The position numbers and the translations under genes were made by a program. A model generated the notes under the pieces. It was not told the origin of the DNA. It saw only the letters and a list, made by a program, of their open reading frames with translations, and did not search any database. From Octopus vulgaris (taxonomy: Eukaryota): a stretch of 64,000 bases of DNA. The stretch lies in NCBI GenBank assembly GCA_951406725.2, contig OX597821.1:85250001-85314000 (forward strand). Direction: 5' to 3'. This document shows, piece by piece, positions 13,573 through 24,300 of the stretch (position 1 is the first letter of the stretch; each line of letters opens with the position of its first letter).

Positions 13573-13892
13573 AAGAGCACTCAGAAAGTGCAAACCTCTG
13601 CCAAGGCAACACCAACATCCTCTCAACAATTTTGCCAATTTTTAAAATGAGAATATCTGAAAGAAACTCGACTGCTTTCACAAACAAGAATACTACCCAA
13701 TTGCTCTCAAAAATTAAGTAAAACAACAGGAAAAATAATCCAGAATCCTTGTCTGGTACCGGATTGATCCCAAAATCTAATCAGTTCTAATCTAATCATC
13801 TGAATCCATCCAGTTATTCTTGAGATATCTTGTTCATGGACAAACAAACAAACATGACTGAAAACAATATATCTCTGCTAAGGCGGAGGTAA
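13573..13892. mobile_element. Helentron-associated (HINE/DINE-1-like) non-autonomous element
   Basis: aagagcactcag...aacctctgccaagg sub-terminal repeat, (acaa)n, terminal tctctgctaaggcggaggtaat hairpin complementary to the 5' motif. Confidence 0.6.
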
Positions 13893-14589
13893 TAATAGAA
13901 TTTTATTATCATAATTTGTGTACAGTTTTGTTCATACTTTTGAGAAAAGTATTAAAAAAGAAAAGAAAAAATGTTATTGTTTGGGCTGTTTTGCTCTATT
14001 TTTCTTTCTGTTGTTGTTTTCCTTATTCCTTCCTGTTATTGTTCTGTTTTGTTTTACGGAAGTGTCTGATACTCTTGTTAGTTATTGTAAAGGATGCCAA
14101 TTAGAGGACTTTTAAGTCATTTCAGTGTTTTGCTTGGATATTTTCCACAAATAGAGAGAAACTGAGGTATGATCTAATTAGGCAGTGTTAGCCTGACCAC
14201 CGTTACTGACTGACGTAATGAAGATAATCCTATTCTTAATTCACTGAAGACTGTGTGTTTCTGATTTAAACAATGAATATTTATGTCTTTATTGATCCTT
14301 TCATACACACATGTATTTGACTGGAGAAAAAAAAATTAGTCAATGATCTGTTAAATAGACACAAATATTTAGAAAAAAAAATATTAAGAATCTCGTCAAA
14401 GCATATTTGTATATCAAGATAGAAAACTGATTTTGGTTGGGTGGAGATAAATCTGCTGTTTTGTCTTTGGCTATTCTAAAACTTCATGTAAGATTTCATA
14501 ACCAAACTTTGAAAGTTAAAATTAAGCTATTGTGATTGTCTGACCTGCAAATAAATCTAGTTGTGGCCTGGTAAGGAAGAAAGATATCT

Positions 14590-14992
14590 GTATCATTGTC
14601 TATTTTTCCATACTTGCATGGGTTGGACAAAGTTCATTGAGATAGGTCTTTTATTTTTTTATGGCTGGATGCCCTTCCTGTTGCTAACCTTCAATTGTTT
14701 CCAAGCAGAGTAATATCGACCCATGGCCCAGACAAGTTTTCATTGAATATTGGAAATGACAATGACATATTCACAGTTATTATGTGATGGCAAGACTAAG
14801 AGAAACAAATACACACACACATACATATATGATGGTCATCTTTCAGTTTCTGCTTACCAAATCCATGCACAAGGCTTTGGCTGACCCATGACTATAGTAG
14901 ACACTTGCCCAAGGTACTAATGCATTAGGACTGAACCCAAAACCATATGGCTGGGAATCAAGCTTCTAACCCACACAGCCACACCTGTGCCT
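14590..14992 (-). mobile_element. Chimeric SINE (family G): A-type tRNA head with C-like tail
   Basis: A head 14830-14992, (CA/TA) linker, distinct body, then ggctggatgcccttcc and catgggttggac as in C; second copy 37470-38000. Confidence 0.7.
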
Positions 14993-15415
14993 AAAGGTTT
15001 GTGATGGAAAAATCAAAGCAGACTTGGGTAGGATTGGAACTTGTAACAGTAAATTCAAATCCTACCAAACTAATGACTATTGATTTCTTTCTTAAGCACA
15101 AAGCAATTTTTTTTTTTATAACTGAGAGTATGAAAGACACCAATTCCAAGAGTTCATAGCACAAGGAAAAAAAAAGCTGGATTTTCTTTTAGCTAAAATA
15201 TTACGAATTTGAAATTTTGTGATAAAAGTAAATATTGATATGTTCGTTGCCATTGCACTGGTATAGCTTGGTTGAAACCTTAACAACTGTTGCTGACCAA
15301 CTAATGCATTTGCTAGATTTATCAACGGATCAATACTGTACACTCTAAGCATTATAGGATATATTATGGAGTGTTTATTGACAACTAGTCATCACGCTCT
15401 TAGCTCTTGTAAACA

Positions 15416-15521
15416 GCAATGTTGGTGATGAGTTCAGTTTAAGAGTTCACATTAAAGCTAAGCGTTATTATGTCACAGCACATAGCATTTACTAGTTTAT
15501 TTCCTCCTGCTGAAACATTGC
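15416..15521 (+). ncRNA. Candidate box C/D snoRNA
   Basis: GCAATGTT-g-GTGATGA (C box 15425-15431)...CTGA (D box 15510-15513)-AACATTGC: 8-bp terminal stem in canonical k-turn register; possible D' CTAA at 15458. Confidence 0.45.
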
Positions 15522-15564
15522 ATTGATTAATTCTTGTTTTTATGAGAAATTCAGTTATATATAT

Positions 15565-15773
15565 ACTCTTTACTCTCTCTCTCTTTTACTCTTTTACTTG
15601 TTTCAGTCATTTGACTGCGGCCATGCTGGAGCACCGCCTTTAGTCGAGCAAATCGACCCCGGGACTTATTCTTTTGTAAGCCCAGTACTTATTCTATCGG
15701 TCTCTTTTGCCGAACCGCTAAGTGACGGGGACGTAAACACACCAGCATCGGTTGTCAAGCGATGATGGCGGGA

Positions 15774-15849
<76 letters not shown>

Positions 15850-16021
15850 CATATATACGACAGGCTTCTTTCAGTTTCCGTCTACCAAATCCACTCACAA
15901 GGCATTGGTCGGCCCGGGGCTATAGCAGAAGACACTTGCCCAAGATGCCACGCAGTGGGAGTGAACCCGGAACCATGTGGTTGGTTAGCAAGCTACTTAC
16001 CACACAGCCACTCCTGCGCCT
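15565..16021 (-). mobile_element. Family A SINE, young, inserted in (TA)n
   Basis: Near-identical to 29949, 41751 and 56437 copies; long internal (CA)n. Confidence 0.93.
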
Positions 16022-16112
16022 ATATATATATATATATTTCTTTTTCCCAAATCTCTCCTGATATTTCAAACTATATTATCCTTGTATCACATCATTATCA
16101 TATTTTTTTTTT

Positions 16113-16114
<2 letters not shown>

Positions 16115-16152
<38 letters not shown>
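16115..16152. repeat. (TG)n microsatellite
   Basis: Direct reading. Confidence 0.95.
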
Positions 16153-16153
<1 letters not shown>

Positions 16154-16331
16154 CGTAATGTGTTTCTTGAAGCATCGTTCTCCATATCCCAATCGTAGAC
16201 ATCTGCCAGTAGTGTATGTCTTAACTTTCTGGAATCTAATTCTATTTTCAACTCATCTTCAACCAAGCATCACCTATTCAATACTAACCTAACAGGTATC
16301 ATCTGTTTACATTATATATTTCAATGCAGTC

Positions 16332-17325
16332 CTCTCATCTCTCTCTCCTTCATCTCTCACTCTCTCTCTCTCTCCCTCATCTGTCAATCTCTCTCTCTCT
16401 CTCCGTCATCTCTCACTCTCTCTCTCTCTCTCCGTCATCTCTCACTCTCTCTCTCTCTCTCTCTCCGTCATCTCTCACTCTCTCTCTCTCCGTCATCTCT
16501 CACTCTCTCTCTCTCCGTCATCTCTCACTCTCTCTCTCTCCGTCATCTCTCACTCTTTCTCTCCGTCATCTCTCACTCTTTCTCTCCGTCATCTCTCACT
16601 CTTTCTCTCCGTCATCTCTCACTCTTTCTCTCCGTCATCTCTCACTCTTTCTCTCCGTCATCTCTCACTCTTTCTCTCCGTCATCTCTCACTCTTTCTCT
16701 CCGTCATCTCTCACTCTTTCTCTCTGTCATCTCTCACTCTTTCTCTCCGTCATCTCTCCGTCATCTCTCACTCTTTCTCTCCGTCATCTCTCTCTTTCTC
16801 TCCGTCATCTCTCACTCTTTCTCTCTGTCATCTCTCACTCTTTCTCTCACTCTTTCTCTCCCTCATCTCTCACTCTTTCTCTCCCTCATCTCTCACTCTT
16901 TCTCTCCCTCATCTCTCACTCTTTCTCTCCCTCATCTCTCACTCTTTCTCTCCCTCATCTCTCACTCCTCATCTCTCACTCTTTCTCTCCCTCATCTCTC
17001 ACTCTTTCTCTCCCTCATCTCTCACTCTTTCTCTCCCTCATCTCTCACTCTTTCTCTCCCTCGCCTCTCACTCTCTCCCTCGCCTCTCACTCCCTCTCTC
17101 CCTGATCTCTCACTCCCTCTCATCTCTCACTCCCTCTCATCTCTCACTCCCTCTCCTCTCACTCCCTCTTTCCCTCGTCTCTCCCTCTCTCTCTCATCTC
17201 TCTCCTCCTCCCTCATCTCTCCCTTTCTCTCTCTCTCTCTCACTTTTCTCCACCCCTCTCTCTCACTTTTCTCCCCCCCTCTCTCTCTCTCGCCTTTCGT
17301 CTCTCTCTCTCGCTCTCGTCTCTCA
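16332..17325. repeat. ~1-kb pyrimidine-rich minisatellite, 23-bp core unit ctcc(g/c)tcatctctcactctttct
   Basis: Direct reading; the 336-aa S/L/H ORF is its translation. Confidence 0.95.
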
Positions 17326-17879
17326 CATTTGTGACACACATTTTCTCCTTCATAATTCATTGCACATTCTTATTTTTAAATATCATCATGGTCATATTTG
17401 CTGTTATAAACTGTTTTTGTTGCTTGTAAAATCTGCAGATGGATGTACAGAACAAAACTTTTTTTGTTTTCTGACTTATAATGCTTATAACGTAGTGTTG
17501 CTTAATGAATACTAAATACATCCTTAGTAGTTGTGATGTGTAATATAGTGAACTTTTAGTAGCTAACACTATAACATTGCAGTATGTAATGCTGTGGACT
17601 AACATAATAACATTATCTCTAGTACTAAGACTATAATGGTGACTTTACAATATTATTTTATGAACCATTGGTGTTTATTTCTGTTTGAAAATGAAAAATC
17701 TTTTTTTTTTTTAAAGGCTAGGTGATGTGCATTAAGTTCTACCGCATGCATAAGTGCGGTATGAGATACACCATAAATGTTCTGTGATTGATGGTCAACA
17801 GTTCCATCCACCCGTCTTTGTATTGTACTATTTCTGTGAGGGCTGTGAGAGTAGAGTCCTCAGACACCTCCTCCAAAGA

Positions 17880-18060
17880 GCCCTACCAGATGTAACTGCC
17901 AGTATATAAGGTAGAACCTCTGAGGAAAGAATAGCAGGACAGATCTTATAGACAAAACCAACTGGCAAGAGATCTGAAGGTAGACCACAAAAAAGAAGCT
18001 TAGATAATATACATATCTTTGGGGATTCCAGCCAGAACTTTTTGCTGACTGTTGTTAAAC
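17880..18060 (+). pseudogene. RTE-clade LINE ORF C-terminal relic
   Basis: Translates EERIAGQIL*TKPTGKRSEGRPQKRSLDNI, matching the RTE P.GKR..GRP..RW.D motif. Confidence 0.6.
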
Positions 18061-18663
18061 AGCAAAAGTGAAATAATAGTGCATGTTATTTTGGAAATGT
18101 AAAACTTCCTTCGTACATCAATTTCCACTCCACCCCTTTCTCTCTTATTTCGTTTAGTTACAATAAGATTCCGCCCAAAAAACAGCTCTAAATTTGTGCA
18201 AAGTATTTATTTAGATATCTTTGTACTTTTGTGTATCCCTATCTATGAGATTTGTCTGCAAAGAAGACATTATTATATTTGACTTCAATTTTTCTCTCCT
18301 TCAGGTTGTGCACTGATACAGGAGATAAAGTCTCTCTCTCTTTCCTCCCTCTGTAGCTTCCTGTCTCTATCTTTGCTAATTAAGCAAACCACACTTGTCC
18401 TCTTTTAGCCGATGCACTCATTAAATTTCCACTAACTGCCATATTGTATTGCAGTTCTAATACTTGAATTGTAAAACTTAAGTCTTTTAAGACAAGCAGA
18501 TGTTTCTCCCTAAATGCTGGCCCATTGTTTTTGCATTTATAAAACTTGATGAATATATCATGATGTGAGAGAGAAAAATTATCCAGTGAATCCAGTATCC
18601 AATGTATTTATGAAAACTGACAATGCTAATATTAATACATTGTTTTTCGTGTTTTTCTTGTAG

Positions 18664-18717
18664 ATATCTTTTTTCATTCTTTGGGTACCAGTGAAAACCG
18701 GTACTTAAATGGAGAAG
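18664..18717 (+). CDS. Candidate 54-nt frame-preserving exon, (D)IFFHSLGTSENRYLNGE(x)
   Basis: Acceptor tttttcgtgtttttcttgtag, donor AAG|gtacag, open phase-1/1 frame, TE-free surroundings. No homology recognised. Confidence 0.3.
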
Positions 18718-20488
18718 GTACAGTTATTCTAAAGGATGATTGTTTCACCATCTCATCTCCCTAATTTACAAGGCTGCAATCGTTTTGTATGGCTTCCAAC
18801 TCATATTGCTTTTTCTTGAATAATTACTGATTTTTGCTTTTTATTCACTTTTTGGATTGTCTTATGATTTTAACATCACCGTTTTGTTTTTTCCTTCTTG
18901 ATTGTCCAAAGCAGTTGAACACATTTAACGAGTGAAATAACAAATATAAAATAAAATAATGTATGTTACTAATTGTGTTTTGATCCTTCACCTTACTTTT
19001 CAGTTGGACACTCTTTCATGCTCAAGTCTAAATTCTATGCTTGCTTGCAGCTATATCTCCAAAGATATTGGCGCTTCTGAAGTGACGCCCATCATTATTT
19101 GTATTTCATTCCATTCTTATTCTTCTATTCTGTCTGTCTGTCTCTGTCCGTCTCTCTCTCTCCCTCCCTCCATGCTCAGGCATGACTGAATGGTTAAAAA
19201 GTTTGCTTCAAAATCATGAAGTTCCAAGTTTGATCCTACTGCCATTGCATGGCACGTTAGGCAAGTGTTTTCTACCACAGCAATGGGTTGACCTAAATTT
19301 TGTGAGTAAAATTGGGTTGCCAGAAACTTTGAAAATCTTTGATTGATTTTACCTGTAATTTAAAGGTCTGATTCTGTCACACCTGGCATCACACTGATTC
19401 TAGGAGAGGATTAAATTTAGGGTACAAGAATCTGTGGAATGCTAGCTATTTTCTGTAAGTCTATAGGGAAGTTGTCTGGAATATTCATCATTAAAACCAT
19501 TGAGGGATCCATTTACCTTTACATGCTTTTATAGAGTTAAGGATTCTGAAAAAAGAAAATAATATTTACAGGAGCACAGACTGGTAAGGAATTAAATCTT
19601 TGAAGTACTCGGGGAATATATTGTATTCTATATATATAGTGTAAGACCTCTTCAGCTGACAGATGCTTTTAGATATAATTCAGCTGGCAATGGGTTTCTT
19701 TGAAAAAATTGTTAAAGGAAATCATTAATTACTCCTTAACTCAGCCCAGTTATGCTGTATAGCCCCACATTGAGGATGGCAGATGCACTTGAAATTCAAA
19801 TACTTTAAACAGAGATTTGCAAAAGATAAGCGAATGAAGCACACACACACACACCAGAATTTTCTACAGCCTGTAACACCTGGGCTTTGTCACCTATCTC
19901 TCTCTCTCTCTGACAGACTTTGAAATAACCCAAAAAATCCTATTTTTAAATAGGCATTGAGTAACATGACTCACACTGTGAAGTGTTTTGCAGAATAAAT
20001 ATGAATTGGGTTGGCTTATATATGTATATATAATGTGTGGGAGAGGGTATATACATCTAACAATACAGTTTACATATTGTGTATAACAGGGATATTTTAA
20101 AGACTGTAGAATAAAGCTGTTCTGTGGGTGTGCACGTGTCTGATGATACATAACAATAGAGTTGTTAAACAATGAGTAATACCACAGTAGGATCGTGAAT
20201 TGGTTAACAACAGAGGAGTAGGTGAAGTCAGGCACCAAGTGAGACAATAAAAAGCATGTGTAAACCAAAGCGACACATTTATTCTTAGAATTATATAAAT
20301 TTATTTCAAAAGAAGTGTCTTTGAATACATTTTGTATGTTTGCCTCTTAGTCGTGTCCTAAAGGAACATTAAGGCACATGAGTTAATTGGAGGACGCGTA
20401 AGTCTTGGTGATCTGTGTTGGAAACAATGCTATCATTCATATGGCTAGGGTTTAGGGTATTGAGCATTCATATGGCTAGGGTTTAGGG

Positions 20489-20708
20489 CAGTGCTTTTCA
20501 ACATTTTTGCTGGAGTAGAACCCCCAAGGAAACATTCCACTGGCTCGAGGAACCCCTGTGCAATAATTTAATAGTCTTATACACACATATCTGCACAAGA
20601 GACTTAAAAATTACTGCCGATTTTTGCAGTTTTGTAACTTCTTGCAGAACCCCTGGACTGTACTGGCGAAACCCTAAGGTTCCGTGGAACCCTGGTTGAA
20701 AACCACTG
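20489..20708. mobile_element. hAT (Charlie-type) MITE
   Basis: TIR cagtg(c/g)ttttcaac; 8-bp TSD gtttaggg/gtttagag; inserted in the head of an E SINE. Confidence 0.85.
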
Positions 20709-21233
20709 GTTTAGAGTATTGAGCTCATGATCACCAGATTCAGTTCTTGGACCAGGTGGCATTTTATATCCTTGAGCAAGACACTCTGCTTTACATTGCT
20801 TCATTCTACTCAACTGCAGTGAGTATCAGTTCAGTGCTGGTGCAGTCCACTCACTCTCCCTCTGGCTGTCACACCCTGGATGTTTTGCTAGATTTTGTGG
20901 AATGGCTAAGAGTGTATCTATGCCTGCATGTACCTACACCAGCACCTAAAACAACTGCTGAAAGTATGATGCATATTACTAAGCCATACTCTCTCACAAG
21001 TGATGGTTAACTGTACTATACTATAGATATTTTAATTGGTTGGATATTTCATTAAATTTGTTTCAATTAACGTTGAAATTATAATAACAAACTTTAAAAT
21101 TTTTGTTGCTTATATTATATGAATTCAATTCATGGTGATATTTAGTTTTATTGAAATGTTGACTACTATGCTGAGGTTCAAGTGAGTCTATAAACTGAAG
21201 AATTCAATTTTATTAATTTTGTTTTCATCGTCT

Positions 21234-21338
21234 TTGTTATATTTCGGAATGGTCATTTTGCCAGTTTAGCCAATAAAAACACATGCACTGTGTTTTTATT
21301 GGCTAAACTGGCAAAATGACCATTCCGAAATATAACAA
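21234..21338. repeat. Perfect 50-bp inverted repeat, 5-nt spacer
   Basis: 21234-21283 is the exact reverse complement of 21289-21338; loop tgcac. Confidence 0.95.
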
Positions 21339-21934
21339 TATCTGTTTCAACACACGACTTCACATAAAAAATCTTGCACAACAAATATTTAAACATTTTC
21401 ATCGTCTTTCTATCAGAAATATGAAATATAGTGACTGGTATCTTTCTACTCAGATATTTCCTTGTATCAATTCTGGCACTTGTGCTTTTAATATAGAATT
21501 GTCATCCTGTTCGTGAATTGCTGTTTATTCTCAGGTCAGCCCAACCCTGATCAGTAAGTCATTTTATATTCCGAGCACTTCAATGTCCTTGTTTTCTCTT
21601 TTAAAGCATTAGTTTTGATAAGAGGGAAATTTAGCTGCTATTTCTAGCACATCGTGTGACTAAGTAGACACTTTCATTGGCTTCATTTTGTAGATTATAT
21701 TTACTAGGATATCTGAAAATATAAATAAGGTGTGAAGTGACTAATTGTGTGTGTATGTGTTTGTTTGTGTGTGTGTGTCTAGTGATTCAGGGATTACTGA
21801 TCATATGATGAAAGAGTGAAGAGAATGTTGGTGTAAACATCTAGCTTATCAAGATTATCCCTACTTCTTTTATAGGTTCTCCACACCACAATTATTTGCC
21901 TTAGTATAGTCCATGCTAAACTTAATAATTCATT

Positions 21935-22262
21935 ATCATTGTCATTTAATGTCCACTTTCCATGTCAGCATGGAAAGTGGATGACATGACATGATCCAGT
22001 GAGCTGCAGGGCCGTGTCAAGCTTCAGTGTTATTTTTAGAATGGTTTCTATGGTTGGATGCCAACCACTTTACAGTGTGTTTTGGGTGCTTTTTTTCATA
22101 CCACTGACACTAGGGAAGTTACCAAGTAACTTCCAAGACAGGAAAGAACAGGGAAAAGAGGTGGGGGGAGGCTTCCTCGACTCAATGGAGTGTTAGTATT
22201 TGGAAGAGGGAATAGGTGAGACATGATTTGATGCCAACCACTTTACAGTGTGTTTTGGGTGC
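21935..22262 (-). mobile_element. Family C-related copy, diverged
   Basis: Tail and ggatgccaaccactttacagtgtg block; that 33-bp block is repeated at ~22057 and ~22230. Confidence 0.65.
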
Positions 22263-22965
22263 AAGAAGTGAAGCTGGACTTGAAGCTTCACGGTATCTTG
22301 TTCAGTGTCTTGTGTTAGAGAGTTCAAATCTTGTTAAAGCCAAGCTTTATCTTTCACTCTTCCTGAGTTGTTAAAATAAAAACTGGTAATTAAGTTGTGT
22401 GGCAGTTTTAGTAAAAAATAACTACATGTGTATTTGGGTGTTGTTTCCTTCTCCAGTGTATACTTTTGGACTTTTGGGTCTTGTCTTTATTTAAGCTACA
22501 GACTCTACCTTGTTAAATTTCATTAGACTATTGTAACTGGAAATGTCATTCTTCTTGGTCTTGTGATATTGACTTTCTGTTATCAGTAAAGATAGCCATA
22601 AATATTTTCTTCTTATCAGTTCTGTTTTCAGACACAGATTTTAATATTTTTATCACAGCTAGTAATACCAATCTACTATGTCTTATTGTTTTCAGTGAAT
22701 TTTCGTTTAAATCCTCAAATCTACTGTCTCTAGCCTTAAAGCTACTAATTACCTATATACACAATACAGTTGTCAATGTATGACGCAGTTAATCCAAGAA
22801 AACCAAGTTGCTTTTTGACAAAAGGGATATTTGCAGCTGTTACGGCTGATTTTACCTTGGTTTTATTTTATCAAAGGCCATTCACAAGTATCATAAAACT
22901 GGGTTACAATTAAAAAAAAATGTCAATTTTAATCTTTGTGAATGGTAGATATGTACGCTGTTAAA

Positions 22966-23196
22966 GGCGGCGAGCTGGCAGAAATGTTAGCACGCCAGGT
23001 GAAATGCTTAGTGGTATTCCGTCTGCTGTTACGTTCTGAGTTCAAATTCCGCTAAGGTCAACTTTACCTTTCATCCTTTCGGGGTCGATAAATTAAGTAC
23101 CAGTTACACACTGAGGTCGATGTAATCGGCTTAATCCCTTTCTCTGTCTTTGTTTGTCCCCTCTATGTTTAGCCCCTTGTGGGCAATAAAGAAAAA
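22966..23196 (+). mobile_element. Family B tRNA-derived SINE with 18-bp TSD
   Basis: A-box-like tggcagaaatgttag, B box gagttcaaattcc; TSD agatatgtacgctgttaa (22947-22964) / agatatgtatactgttaa (23197-23214). Confidence 0.9.
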
Positions 23197-24086
23197 AGAT
23201 ATGTATACTGTTAAGTTTGACATAGCCTGGACCAATATTGGCAGAAATATTTCTAAGCTAGATAATGATTGTTTTTTTTTTTTTTTACATGAAGGCATAA
23301 GGCCTTCAAAGTAGGGGTTGTAATCGATTATATTGACCCCCAGGACTTTACTGGTATTTATTTTGTCAAACCTAAAAGGGCAAAAAGGGAAGTTAACCAT
23401 GACAGGATCTGAGTTCACAATGTAGAAATTCATTAATAAATAATACAAAATAGTTTGTCTGTGATTCAGTGGATTTTGCAAGTCCACCACCCTGTAATAT
23501 ATAATATTGCAAGAAGGCTGTGTGTCAGATAGTATTGTTTAATTTGCAATTAAGATGTCTTTGGTTCAATCCCACTGCGCAGAACCTTGGGTATATGTCT
23601 TTTTTAATGATTTATTGTACTGGCTATTTATTTGACCTAGATGTGCTTCTTGCTCATTTTTAAATTTGTTAATTTTTTTTTCCCATTAAACTAGATAAAA
23701 ACTCTTGCTCTTTGTTAAACTAGATAAAACTCTTTCTGTAATACAAAGATATTAAGATATGTTCTGTTACAAATTTACTTGACTTATTGACTTTGTGCAG
23801 TTCCTGTGCCCATTTATGTTCAGAGTTGAAATCATCACAAGTTCATTGTGCCTTTTAGAAGCTAACTCATGAACGCAGAAAGTAAACTGCTCCTATTGAA
23901 AGAAATTTTCAGCTCCTCCAACCAGACCTTTTGACAATATCTGGAAGGGAAGTGAACACGATCGATCTTTTACTAAACTCACTCCCCAATCATTAAGTTT
24001 TCTAAGCTCTGATAAGAGAAATCAAAGTACCAAAAATAAAGTTATTTCACAGTGATCCTCTTTTGTTAGTATTATAACAAAACATA

Positions 24087-24300
24087 AGGCAGCAAGTTGG
24101 CAGAATCATTAGCACACCAGGCGAAATGCTTTGCGGTATTTAGTCCGTCTTTATGTTCTGAGTTCAAATTCTGCTGAGGTCGACTTTACCTTTCATCCTT
24201 TCGGGGTCAATAAATTAAGTATCAGTTGCGTACTGGGATCAATCTAATCGACTATCTAATCAAAAATTCGGGCCTTTTGCTTAAAGTACAAAAGATTATT
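24087..24300 (+). mobile_element. Family B SINE (second tail type)
   Basis: Same head and body as 22966; ends ggccttttgcttaaagtacaaaagattatt. Confidence 0.85.

Noticed and set aside
16324-17334. 336-aa ORF
   Set aside because: Translation of a stop-free pyrimidine minisatellite.
20434-20488. Telomere-like ctagggtttaggg x2
   Set aside because: 30-bp local duplication of a decayed SINE head next to a hAT TSD.
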